From the NCBI GenBank assembly GCA_026770705.1, contig JANJGN010000034.1, forward strand, positions 13,144,001 through 13,208,000: a stretch of 64,000 nucleotides of DNA, in the 5' to 3' direction. Below, in pieces: positions 37,291 to 49,454 of the stretch. Below the pieces are notes generated by a model. That model was not told the origin of the DNA and did no database searches. It saw nothing but the letters and a program-made list of their open reading frames with translations. Made by a program: the position numbers and the translations under genes. Within the stretch, counting starts at the first letter, position 1. Each line of letters opens with the position of its first letter. Source of the DNA: Isurus oxyrinchus (lineage: Eukaryota).

Positions 37291-37681
37291 CTCTTTTCCA
37301 ACTTTTTAAAAATCATTCATGGGATGTGGGCTTCGCTGGCTCAGGCTACATTTATTGCCCATCCATAATTGCCCCTTGAGAAGGTGGTGGTGAGTCACCT
37401 TCTTGAACCCTGCAGTCCATGTGGTGTAGGTGCACCCACAGTGCTGTTACGGACGGAGAACCGGGAATTTGATCCAGTAACCATGAAGGAACGGTGATAT
37501 ATTTCCAAGTCAGGATGGTGAGTGTCTTGGAGGGGAACCTCTAGGTGGTGGTGTTCCCATGTGTCTGCTGCCCTTGCCCTTCTAGATGGGAGCAGTTGTG
37601 GTTTGGAAGATGCTGTCTAAGGAGCCTTGGTGAGCTGCTGCAGTGCATCTTGTCGATAGTACACACAGCTGCTACTCTGCA

Positions 37682-37730
37682 CCAAGGCCGCACTTTCCCC
37701 GAGATAGGATCACAATCGTCACTAAATTAG
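37682..37730 (-). pseudogene. GPR139-like GPCR copy 3, short fragment of exon 2
   Basis: ttccag|ANLVTIVILSRGKCGLG, then truncated against a LINE 3' fragment. Sequence homologous to the paralogous intron continues to ~38100. Confidence 0.8.
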
Positions 37731-39124
37731 CTGGAAGATTAATTGAGAAGCTGTCAAATATTGAGGAGGATTATGAGCCACTGTTACCACAGTGTGACCC
37801 AGTGAAAGAATAATCACCAAGTAAAATTGCCATAGTGAGCTCCTATTAATATCAATTAAAGAGACATACATTTAAAGAGCAGTTCTGCAATTATTTCAAA
37901 AGTGCAAGGTGAAGTTCCACTTAACTGTTGATGGAAAGATGTATTTCATATGGAAATTCAGTCAAGAAACTCCACGGAGAAGCGGGTATGAAAAGTGTTA
38001 TGCTATGGATGTAGTTGAATAAAAGGTTTGAATTTTACAGCCAACGGATTTGCCAGACTGCTTTACAGCCAATGAAGTACTTTTCAAAGTGTAGTAATGG
38101 GTGTAATGCGGGTGATGCACAGTTATCAATCTGCATCGTCTCGTTACTTGTTATCCTGTCTTCAAATCCTGAGGCTGAGCCCAATCTTATATTACAGACC
38201 GAGATGGGAGGAGTACGCGGTTAATTCTAGCCCCACTCCTCCACAGTTTGTAACAGTAGTTTAAGTGTTTAATTTACCCACAACAGTGGCCAGTTGTTAC
38301 CTTTGTACTGTTATTCCCAGCATAAAAAGACTCCAACCAGGCTTCTTTTATTAAACACCAACAATAAGAATTGATTTATTAAGAAGCAAACTTCTTTGTT
38401 TCAAACAAGTTATAATACTGGCTAATATGCAAGTTGTGGTTGAAAAGTGTAATGATTTTTCCCGTTTAAAAATAACAGATATTTGAACACCCTATACACT
38501 CCGTTGATAAAACAGAATTCTGGTCACAATAGATCTGGAAGTTCTTTCAGAAGGATTTTTTGGTGAAATGATCCTTAATGACTCTCACATGTCACAACTT
38601 TGCAGACTTGCAATAATGGTCCCATAACCATTGAAATCACTCATTAAAGGTGCTCCTCCAACATTGTTCATAGCCCCAATGCTGGCCTATCCCATATGGA
38701 AATGGAACAAAGTGTGACAGCAGCCCCTCCTCCCCATACTACCGCCACCCCACCCCCCCCACCCAACCCCCCACCTCCACAAAGCCTGGGGTACATTCCA
38801 TCCAGCCCTGGTGATTTATCCACTTTCAAGGATGCTAACCCAATTAATACTTGCTCCGTCCCTCTGTTTATCACATCCAATAGTTCACACTCCTCCCCCT
38901 TAACTGCAGTATCTACATCGTCCCCATCTTTTGTGAAGATAGTCTTAAAGTATTCATTAAGAAAGACACCATTACCTTCTGCCTTTACACATATGTTACC
39001 TTTTTCCTTAGTTATACTCTTACTCTTAACACATTGATAAAACATCTTTGGATTCACCTTTATTTTGCTTGCCAGTATTCTTTCACGTCCTCCTTTTGCT
39101 TTCCTACAATGATTTATACAATGA

Positions 39125-39350
39125 GATAAAAGCAAAATACTGCAGATGCTGGAAACCTGAAACAAAAACAGAAAATGCTGGAAAAGCTCAGCAGATCTAA
39201 CAGCGCCTGTGGAGAGAAAGACAGTTAATGTTTCGAACCCATGTGACCCTTCAGCTCTGAAGAAGAGTCATACAGACTCGAAACATTAACTCTGTCTTTC
39301 TCTCCACAGATGCTGTTAGGCCTGCTGAGATTTCCCACTATTTTCTGTTT
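39125..39350. mobile_element. Older Penelope-derived fold-back (palindromic) element
   Basis: Two inverted, diverged copies of the pLTR end (ctcagcagatctaacagc... / ...gctgttaggcctgctgag), inserted in a CR1 remnant. Confidence 0.75.
39257..39292 (+). ncRNA. Hammerhead-like motif with canonical CUGAAGA core in an older Penelope-derived hairpin
   Basis: CUGAAGA-A-GAGUC-AUACA-GACUC-GAAAC-AUUAACUC. The stem III palindrome carries one substitution (acat instead of acgt). Confidence 0.5.
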
Positions 39351-40047
39351 CTCTTCCTTTTTGATTTCATCTGTCCACTTTCTATACTCCTCTCGGCTTT
39401 CTGCATTATTGAGTCCTCGGTGTCGAAAATCAATTTTCTTTTATATATGTAAGCTCCTTGACACTCAGTGAGCTCTAGGTTTGGTCATCCCACCCTTTTT
39501 CTTTGTGGGAATATGTTTACTCTAGACCCATTGAAAGCCCCCTTTGAATGCCTCCCACTGTTTTGGGCCTAGCCAGCGACGCCCACATCCAATGATTTTT
39601 AAAAAATTGTTGATCTTCCAGTGTAAACTGGGACATTCCAATGTTCCGGGCGACATGCTTGGGGAAGCCAAGTGGGGACAGACCACTGTCTGAGCACCTC
39701 CCACCGTAGTATCGTGAGGGGCTGGTTACTGGGTAAAGGCCAGCTGTATGCACCAGAGAACCATTGACATGAAGTGTAAATATAACCTGTAATGCCAAAT
39801 ATAGCGAGACAACGCATGTACTGTGTTGAAAGGAATGCTTCGCACTTTATGTAATGTCAAATTGGGACTGTTAAGAGATATTCATTTTTGAATAGAGGAA
39901 TGTCGCAGATGTAAGTTAGTTGGGGTGGGGACCAATACTGTTCTTTGCAGTCTGGCGTATTGAAGGCTAGCTACCTGGTGGACAAGATGCCAGTGTTAAA
40001 GCCCTCTCCTCATGGCTGAAGAAGATTGTGGATAAAGGGAAGGAGAT

Positions 40048-40430
40048 TTTAGAGGATAAGAGGTGATCTCATTGAAACCTACAAGAGACTTAAAGGAATA
40101 GGCAGGGTGGATGCAGGTAAGATGTTTTCCCTGATTGGGGAGTCCAGAACCAGGGGGCACAATTTCAAAATAAGGGGGAAGCCACTTAGGACCGAGGGGA
40201 GGAGAAACTTCTTTACTCAGAGGGTGGCGAACCTTTGGAATTCTCCACTCCAGAAGGACATGGAAGTTCAGTCATTGAATATGTTTAAGGCAGACACTGA
40301 TCTGATTAACAATAACGTGAAAGGTTTTGGGGTTAGTGTGGGTAAAAGGCATGGAAATGTTCGATCAGCCACGATTGTATTGAATGGTGGAGCAGGCTCG
40401 ACGGGCTGAATGGCCTCCTCCTGTTCCTAT
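40048..40430 (+). mobile_element. CR1 LINE 3' end
   Basis: MFSLIGESRTRGHNFKIRG...RRNFFTQRVANLWNS plus the 3' UTR. Confidence 0.88.
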
Positions 40431-41964
40431 GAGATGACTCTGTTGCCCTTGTCCACGTCAAAACCAAGGCCATAGTGAGGACAAGCAGTGAGGTCCTGCT
40501 GAGGGAGTTTGAAGAGTTGATTACAAATGAAAAAGCAACGTCAAACTTCAAAGGTGACCTGCGGCTTGCTGGGGAGCCAATGGCAAATCGGCATAAGAGT
40601 CAAAAAGATTAGAATTCGAAACACGTGGCTAAAGGAGTGGTGTGGGAGGTTAGGGTTTAATTCATGTGGCATTGGCAGCAATATTGGGAACAGAGGGAGC
40701 TGGCGCACTGGGACCGAATCCATTAAAAGTGGCCTCAGACCAATCTCGTGGGGAGTCAAATAACTAGAGTGACAGAAAGGGCTTTAAACTAGTAAAGTGG
40801 GTGGAGGATTAGGGTGAGGGTAAATCCATCAGTCTGAAGTGGCTGATTGATAACCCAGCCTTTGGCTCACCTCAACTCTTATCTGCACTGAATGAGTCAA
40901 AATGAGTTGTGCTGTCAATTTATGATAGGCAGATATAAGATTTAAATGTGTTGTGAGAATATTTTAACTGCAGCTTTTAGTTATCATTAGTCGGAGAGGC
41001 TGAATTGGAATTAGGAGCAATTCTGTGGGATTTTTACACCCCTGTAGCTTCTATTATGCTACACATGGTGTGTTGTTTGCAGTTGATGCAAAGTTAGAAA
41101 GAAATGCTTGGTGGTCCAAAATGTGCAGATGCAATTTAGGTCCCATTATAAGTCACAGTGGTAGAGGTTCCTCATAGGTATTAGCACAAATCGGGTGGCC
41201 TCATTTGGATCATCAGTTACATGTTCAGTCAGGCATTAAGTTTAAGTGAACTCCACATCAGTTTGGGCGAGCAGCAGACAACCCTTCAAGTCTGCCCTGC
41301 TGTTCAGTTAGGTTATGGCTGATCTCTATCTTATCTCAGTTTTCCTGTGTTGGTCCCACACCTCTTCATTCCCTGGATGAACGAAAAATCTTAACGATCT
41401 CGGATTCTGAGCGTTCAATTGCCTTAGGCTCAATCGTTTTTGGGCGGGAACAAAACCCTGGGTTTTAATTTTTAAATATCCTCATTATGCTCGCACCTAT
41501 AACTTATTTAGACAGGGAGAGGAACAAGAAAGATAGAGAGAGAGAGATAGAGGGGAGTAGCAGAATTGGAGAGAGCAGAATAGAGATAGAGTAAAAGGCA
41601 GGTTCGAGTGTAACAGTGAGGGATAGAGAAAGTAACCATAATAGGGAAATGGGAAGTAAAACAGAGAGATGTAGCCAGATATCAGAGATATGGATGGAAA
41701 GAATATTTCCTATGAGAAGTTTATAAGGAGGTGTCACATGAATGGTTGGCAAATGTTTCTTAATATTTTGAAGTCACTGTATTATGAATCACCCTGAAGT
41801 TTGTAAAGGGAATGAGGTAAAACATTGGCACCTTCCCATAAAATGGATTTTTATTCAGCTTGGTCAAATGTTGACATCCATCTGAATATTCTTTAAGACA
41901 TGCGCAGCCATTTTCTCCAGAATGGTCTCCATCGTGTCAGTATATATCTAAAAAAGGGGGATTA

Positions 41965-42418
41965 CAAACATCAACTGCAGCTGGAGGATTATCAACTCGG
42001 TGAAAGACGCTCTTTGGTCTGCCCGAAACTTGTTGGTCTTCCAGCGAAAAGAGTTGTCCCTGACCGAGTGTTGCAGACTGGCACATTCCAAGGTCCAGGA
42101 CTAGGTGCTGAGGGACGCACTAAAGCTTGGGGCAGCTGCTGCAAAGGCCCAATGGGGAAAGGTCGCTGTCTAAGATCTGTCAGCCACAGTGCACCGAAGG
42201 ACTGGGAATTATATAGACCGTCAGGCTGTATGACTCACAATAAGTGTATGCAGTGAATACTACATGTATCACAATTGTATTGAAGTGCCTCAAGAGAGCA
42301 ACATGATGTAGGTAGGACACTCGAATATTATTGCACGTTCTGCACTGGCCATTTTGAAAAATTTTGTAATGTTCTTTCAGATATTTTATGAATAAAGTAT
42401 ATTTTTGCAAAAAAAAAA
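41965..42418 (+). mobile_element. Tx1/L1-clade LINE 3' end (same family as 8080-9197)
   Basis: INCSWRIINSVKDALWSARNLLVFQ-type sequence, ending gaataaagtatattttt plus an A-tail. Confidence 0.85.
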
Positions 42419-42976
42419 TCACGATCGGCAGAAACCTGGTCCTATGATCCCTCATCATCTGTTTCACACCAGGGCTGAAAATTCAAATTAGCTCCAAAGC
42501 CCTGGAATGCTCCGCGGTTTGAGGAGTAAAATAGGGCGGGGCGTAGAGTGGGCGGATTTCCCGCTTGCTTCACGTACACGCAGAACGGGTCTGTTTAGGC
42601 GGAGTCGGCCAGTGACGTCAAAGAAAGGGAAATATAGCTAGGGTATGGATCAAGTGTAATTCCAGTCTACTGTACACGAGGGGATGGTTAAGGGATGGTG
42701 GGGAGAGGGGTGGGCGGGGGGGGGGGGCGGTGGGGTGGGGAAGCAGGTGAATATTTAATATTCCCAGCTGCTACAGCTGGCCAGGCAAAGGATCAATTGA
42801 GTTAAAATAGGCCCCAGAGCCGACGGACCCTACTTTCCGCCAGGTGGTAAAACTGAAAATTCATCCTTCTCAACTCAGTGTTTGGCTAAACCAGGGACAA
42901 TCAGATGTTGTGAGACTGGGAACAGGTCACACAGCAACATGCACCGCCTGGGGTGCTGCAGTCCTAACCAACTTAG

Positions 42977-45048
42977 TTACTTTACTGAGGGGAATGATAC
43001 AATGATAAGAGTAAAATGATATTTCACCGCCCTCTTCAGCTCCTCTCTGACCTTACTTTGGGTCAGTGCATCAACGGCAGTGTTTGTACAGGAGCTCAGG
43101 TAGAAGAGAATATTCCCAGATATATTGGCGACCATTACTGGGTGATCGTAACTAGGGTAAGAATGCCTGTTGGAGATCTCCATCAGTAAGAAAACATTAG
43201 ATCTTGGTCAAAAACAGAATTACCTGGAAAAACTCAGCAGGTCTGGCAGCATCGGCGGAGAAGAAAAGAGTTGACGTTTCGAGTCCTCATGACCCTTCGA
43301 CAGAGCTAGGTGAATCCCAGGGAGGGTTGAAATATAAGCTGGTTTAAGGTGGAGGCGGGGGGGGGGGGGGGGGGGGCGTGGGGGGGGTGTGCCGGTTGGG
43401 TGCGGGGAGACAAGTGGAGGGGGGGTGGTGTGGTTGTAGGCAAAAGCAGTGAATGGAAGCAGATCATCAAAAGATGTCACAGACGGCAGAACAAAAGAAC
43501 ACATAGGTGTCGAAGTTGCTGATATTATCTAAGCGAATGTGCTAATTAAGAATGGATGGTAGGGCACTAAAGGTACAGCTCTAGTGGGGGTGGAGGGGAG
43601 CATAAAAGATTTAAAAATATTTAAAAATAATGGAAATATTAGTTGTCAGAAGACCTACCCTGAATTACATCATCTGAATGTGTTACTTTATTAATTATTT
43701 ATTTACATTAACCAGGAAAAAGCCTTATTTAGTTGACATAGTTATAATTAACACTGAGTAACCACTCCCAAATAATTAAACAAGGTAAAAAAACTAATCG
43801 AAATGCCAGAATACACAAGTTCATTTAACCATTATGTACCAATTGTCCACCTTACCCGCCCACCGGGGATCAGGCGTTAGGCCTCCCACCCTGGAGATAT
43901 ACAATATTTCCATTATTTTAAAATATTTTTAAATCGTTTATGCTCCTCCCACCCCCACTAGAGCTATACCTTGAGTGCCCTGCCATCCATTCTTAATTAG
44001 CACATTCGTTTAGATAATGTCACCAACTTTAACACCTCTGTGTTCTTTTGTACCATTGTCGCTGACATCTTTTGATGATCTGCTTCTATCGCTGCTTGTT
44101 TGTCCCTACAACCACACCACCCCCCTCCACTTCTCTCCCCCCCCCGCCCCCCCCCCCCCCCCCCACCACCACCTTAAACCAGCTTATATTTCAACCCTCC
44201 CTGGGATTCACCTAGTTCTGTTGAAGGGTCATGAGGACTCGAAACGTCAACTCTTTTCTTCTCCGCCGATGCTGCCAGACCTGCTGAGTTTTTCCAGGTA
44301 ATTCTGTTTTTGTTTTGGATTTCCAGCATCCGCAGTTTTTTGTTTTTATTTTTATCATTAGATCTTGGTCATCCGCAGCAAGATAAAACTGCCCGATACA
44401 GCAAACAGCAGAATGATGGACCTCCGCCTGTTGGCCACCTCGGTATCTCCTCGCAGCTCCCCCTTACTGGGACCCCGGAGGCCCCTGCGGGCTCGATTGG
44501 CCAGCACAATGTGCCTGACGGTCAGAGCATTGAGCAGCAGGATCAGGATGTAGGGGATCAATGGGTTCAGCAGGTGGTGGAACCAGAAAAATGCCACCCA
44601 ACCGGGCAAGGTGTAGAATTCCAGTCTGGTGGCACAATCCCAGGGTACACCGTCCCACTTCCTGGAAGGTTGGAACTTAAAGTAAAAAGGGACATTCCTC
44701 AAAAAGCTCACAAGGCAAATGGTCGTTATCACACCGCCGCTGTTTTCTTGGTGCAAAAACTGGATTTCAGATTGTGACAGCAAATGGCCACAAAACAGTC
44801 AAAGGTGAGATCGATGGTCAACCAAACGGAACAGTCTATAGCAGCGTAACCCAGCAGGGCGTTAGCGCTGCACACTGCCGTGTAGAACAGGAATGAGAAT
44901 GGGAGATAGTTGCAGCAGAGTGAGGTGAGTATAACGCTGAAAAGAGCAACCAGTAGAGCCGCCAATGCCATGGAGACCAGGTGGAGAGAAACACCTTTGC
45001 CGAGGCCGCACTTTCCCCGAGACAGCATCACGATCGTCACTGAATTAG
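42977..45048 (-). pseudogene. GPR139-like GPCR copy 4 pseudogene (exon 2 only)
   Basis: Acceptor at 45049-45050, ANSVTIVMLSRGKCGLGKG... There is a frameshift near 44730 and a 1-nt insertion giving TAA after ...MTKI. The exon is split by a Penelope insertion (43211-44355). The C-terminal part SSCTNTAV...VREELK ends at 42977. Exon 1 is deleted. Confidence 0.9.
43211..44355. mobile_element. Penelope-derived composite insertion: two inverted ~430-450-bp pLTR arms around a ~260-bp unrelated core
   Basis: Arms at ~43209-43640 and ~43903-44355. TSD cattagatcttggtca at 43195-43210 and 44356-44371, inside GPCR copy 4. Confidence 0.88.
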
Positions 45049-46605
45049 CTGCAAGATAAACTGAGAAGCTGTTGAATATTGAGCAGACTGACGAGTCATC
45101 GTTACCACAGTGCGACCCAATGAAAGAACAGAATAGAATTCATCGGCTAAGATAGTCACAGTGAGCTTCTATTAATATCAAGTATGAAGACACACATTTA
45201 AAGAGCAGTAAAATCCCCCTTCTTTGCAGTATCATAACTTTAAGCATCTCTATTAAGTCACCGGTCCTCACTTCTTTGGAGAGAACACCACTTGTCTAAT
45301 CTCTCCACACAACTGAAGCCTCTTATCCCTGGTACCATCCCAGCCAATCGCCTCTGCACCGTCCCCACGGTCTCCCTATGAAACATTCCATCGACATCCA
45401 GGGTGACAATGTCAGTGATCGAATGTTTTACTATGAAATACGGGCAGAACTATAAGCATCAACCCCCTGCGACACAACCGGGGTTCAGTTCCAGTATAGT
45501 GAACATAGTGAACACACTTATTAAGAGCGTCCCTCAGCGCTGACATATTCCACATGGGAATGGGGCTATTTGTGACCAGCGCTCCTCAGGGGGCTTTCAC
45601 CAGCAATGAAGTGCGTTTGTTTCTCAGTCAGGTTCTTGCAGAACAGGCGCTGATTCACTTCGGGGCAACAACCTGGGCGGAATGTTACTTCCCGTGCCGG
45701 TCACCCTCTGCGTTACTGTCGATGAGAGAGAAGGATTAATGGACAGAATTATGTGCAGCTCTGCCGCCCTCTACCGCCGAGGGAGCGGGTTCCCGACCAA
45801 ACCCTAAGCGTCAAGCCAAGGGAAGCATTAATGTTACGGCCCAGTGGTTGAAAGATACCATTTGAGATACAAGCGACTCCTGGCATCACATTAACCTGAA
45901 GGCACCGCCCCCCTCACTTTAGAAGGGGTCCCTCTGCAGCAGGTAAAAATGCGTGGCTGGGTCGGAAAATGAGTCGATACCTTGCACCGAATACCTGAAT
46001 CATCCCTCTGAGAAAGCAGACTGCTTTCTGCGTCGGTGTCAGTTCCGTCTGGCTTTCCCAAGGCTTTGGGGGTGGGCGAATAGGCTTATGATGGGTCAAG
46101 GATGTCAAGGCGTAATGGGGCCAAACTGGGCGAATGGGGACGAGAAGCAGGTCAGCCATGCTCTGACGGAATGGCAGGACAGGGCTCAAGGGGCTGAATG
46201 GCCTCCGCTCTCTTTATCGGAATGGCAGAAACCGCTGGACATATTCGGCAGGTCTGGACGCCCCTGTTTGGGAGAGATAAACAGAGTTGACGTTCCAGGC
46301 GATGAACTGTCATCAGTCCGGAACTCCGTTCAGCTCCATTGACCAGGGAACTTAGCGGCTGTGGTGTCGACATAGCTGCCCTTAGGCAGCCAAGGCCCGC
46401 AGGAGGAGGTCGGTTTGAAGAGCAAGGAGCAGGACACGCGTTCTCATAGAGCGGCCAGTCACCTGCGGAACACAGGGAGTCAGAGATTGATTTTGCCATC
46501 AGGAGAGAGATTAGAAAGGACCTGAGGGGGGAATAAAAACTTCCCAAAGGCATCAACAAAGGCTTGATGAATTTCAGCTTCCCCCACAACAACACAAGAG
46601 GCAGG

Positions 46606-48524
46606 TGTCATGGTAATGGAGGAGAAACACCGAACAGCATCCGGAAATATTGGGCTTTAAAAGTAAGATCTGAGGTTTTTAAAAATACACACAAGCCACA
46701 GGCTGGAACACTGCAGGGTGACTCCCTAAGAGGTAATGGAGCCCCACCCTGTTGCCAGGCAAGGTACTTCTAAAGACATCCAGGATCTAATTGCTCCCTC
46801 CAGTCGAGACAATGGGACATAAAGGGAGGTGAGTATCACCTCATCAGAAAGTGACCTGAAAGCTGCCTCGGTGTCTGTCTGTTGGTGGGTGTTATGAGAG
46901 AGCAAGGGCTGGAAGTTTGATTCAGAAGTACCCCTGCAAATTGCCATTTTGCGGGTATCCTGATCTCTTTCCCCCTCTATGGACTTCAACACTACTGGAA
47001 CCTCGCAACTGACTATTCGTCTACCGGAGTCAACACTACTGGAAGCTCAAAACTAACTATTCATCTACCGGAGTCAACACTACTGGAAGCTCAAAACTGA
47101 CTATTCATCTACTGGAGTCAACACTACTGAAACCTCGAAACTGACTATTCATCTATCGGAGTCAACACTACTGGAACCTCGAATCTGACTATTCATCTAC
47201 CGGATTCAACACTACTGGAAACTCAAAACTGACTATTCATCTACTGGATTCAACACTACTGGAATCTCGAAACTGACTATTCATCTACTGGAGTCAACAC
47301 TACTGGAAACTCAAAACTGACTATTCATCTACTGGAGTCAACACTACTGGAATCTCGAAACTGGCTATTCATCTACCAGAGTCAACACTACTGGAATCTC
47401 GAATCTGACTGTTCATCTATTGGAGTCAATGCTACTGGAACCTTGAAACTGACTATTCATCTACCGGAGTCAACACTACTGGAACCTTGAAACTGACTAT
47501 TCATCTACTGGAGTCAACACTACTGGAACCTCGAAACTGACTATTCATCTACCAGAGTCAACACTACTGGAACCTCAAAACTGACTATTCATCCACCGGA
47601 GTCAACACTACTGGACCCTCAAAACTGACTATTCATCTACTGGAGTCAACACTACTGGAACCTCGAAACTGAGAATTCATCTACCGGAGTCAACGCTACT
47701 GGAACCTCGAAACTGACTATTCATCTACTGGAGTCAACACTACTGGAACCTCAAAACTGACTATTCATCTACTGGAGTCAACGCTACTGGAAACTCAAAA
47801 CTGACTATTCATCTACCGGAGTCAACGCTACTGGAACCTTGAAACTGACTATTCATCTACTGGAGTCAACACTACTGGAACCTCGAAACTGACTATTCAT
47901 CTACCAGAGTCAACACTACTGGAACCTCAAAACTGACTATTCATCCACCGGAGTCAACGCTACTGGACCTTCAAAACTGACTATTCATCTACTGGAGTCA
48001 ACACTACTGGAACCTCGAAACTGAGAATTCATCTACTGGAGTTAACGCTACTGGAACCTCGAAACTGACTATTCATCTACTGGAGTCAATGCTACTGGAA
48101 TCTCAAATCTGACTGTTCATCTATCGGAGTTAGTTCTACTGGAACCTTGAATCACAATGGTCACCAAGCTCAATCAGCTACTCCCCACGAGTCAAGGACT
48201 GTTCTGTATACCCTTTTAAATAGATATATATATATTCACTTACTTCAAGCTAAATTCATACTTTTAACCTGTATGACCGTATATGCATGCGTCTTATCCT
48301 GTATATCCTTTAGCAGTTAGTAAACTTACCCTTATCTTTAACTCAAGAAAGTCTGATCAAATTGGCTCCATCAAAACCCGAACGACTGGGTCTGGGGAGA
48401 AAGGTATCTGTGAGAGGGGGCCCTTTGTAGATTAAATCTAGTTGTGACCAACAGAGGTGGCGGGGTGTTGGGGGCTGAATAAAGACAGGGAGCGAATTCA
48501 TCCCTCCTCACCCGGGGCATAACA
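46606..48524 (+). mobile_element. LTR-like element (TG...CA) containing a minisatellite, followed by a degenerate primer-binding site
   Basis: Termini TGTCATG...CATAACA form an imperfect inverted repeat; AATAAA at 48478-48483. It is followed by atc-TGGGGG, resembling a tRNA-Pro PBS. Confidence 0.6.
46983..48150. repeat. 44-bp minisatellite, about 26 units
   Basis: Consensus gagtcaacactactggaacctcgaaactgactattcatctac(c/t)g repeated head-to-tail with no spacers. Confidence 0.97.
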
Positions 48525-49454
48525 ATCTGGGGGTGTCCCAGCCAGACTGTGAGAAATTGAGAGGTCTCGTGTGGATCAACAACTTTGGGGAGCCTCGCCT
48601 AGGTGGGGGTTGTAACACAGACAACACTCACAAGTGCATATGCTCCCACAATGACCAGCAGTGATGGTGTAAAGGAAAGGGTCTATAACAGCTGTGGGCA
48701 ACCTGTGGCCCACAGAAGCAGGCGGGGGTGGGGGGGGGAGGTGGTGGTGGAGGTGGGGGGTGGGGGGGGCGGGTGGGGGGTGTGGGAGAGGGTGGTGGGG
48801 TGGGTGGGGGGGGGGTAGGGGTGTGTGCATGTGGCCCTTCACGGTTCTAAGTGTGGCCCGTGAGACATTTTGTGGGCCGCTGCCCATGCACGGGGTTGCT
48901 CGATGCCGCTGGTTTCCTGCGTAGTTTTGTCCGACTGGTATGACTGAAGCGCCATGCACACAAAGCAAAGGCAGGCAAAGCGAGGCGTGTGCTGATAGCA
49001 CACCACATTAACCATGAGAACCACGCGTCCAATCAAAATGCTGCTGCGATGCCGGGTTTCGATCTTGCAGCCCACGGAGGCGTAGGGTGGGGGTTGGGGG
49101 GGTGGGGGGAGGTGGGCACTCATGCGGCACACTCACGAGCCTGAGGTGGTCCACCACTGCTCTATGATGAGCAGGATCATCCCCTATGGTGAATCCCTGA
49201 AGATAACAAAGGTATCCTTTTCGGCAACTTCAGTTTCAGAGTCAGGCGTGATGTCGGCAGGCATTCTCGATAAGTGTAGAGTTGGATAGGAAAACTCAAA
49301 AGGAACTCTCTTACTTCTGTTGGGTCCTAAGCATAACCTTGCTGTAACTAACATCACATTTCCACCTGAAAGAGGAATGTGAGAAAACCTGGCAACACCC
49401 CATGACCTAAGCATTGACATCTCCTTGGTATGTGCTTGTCAGGCATAAGGGGTT

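Larger units (their letters stand above)
38790..39500 (-). mobile_element. CR1 LINE fragment (region upstream of RT)
   Basis: IKVNPKMFYQCVKSK...LNEYFKTIFTK...LKVDKSPGLDGMYPR. Confidence 0.8.

Noticed and set aside
46983-48150. CRISPR array
   Set aside because: The 44-bp units are contiguous with no unique spacers, there are no cas genes, and the context is vertebrate. It is a minisatellite.
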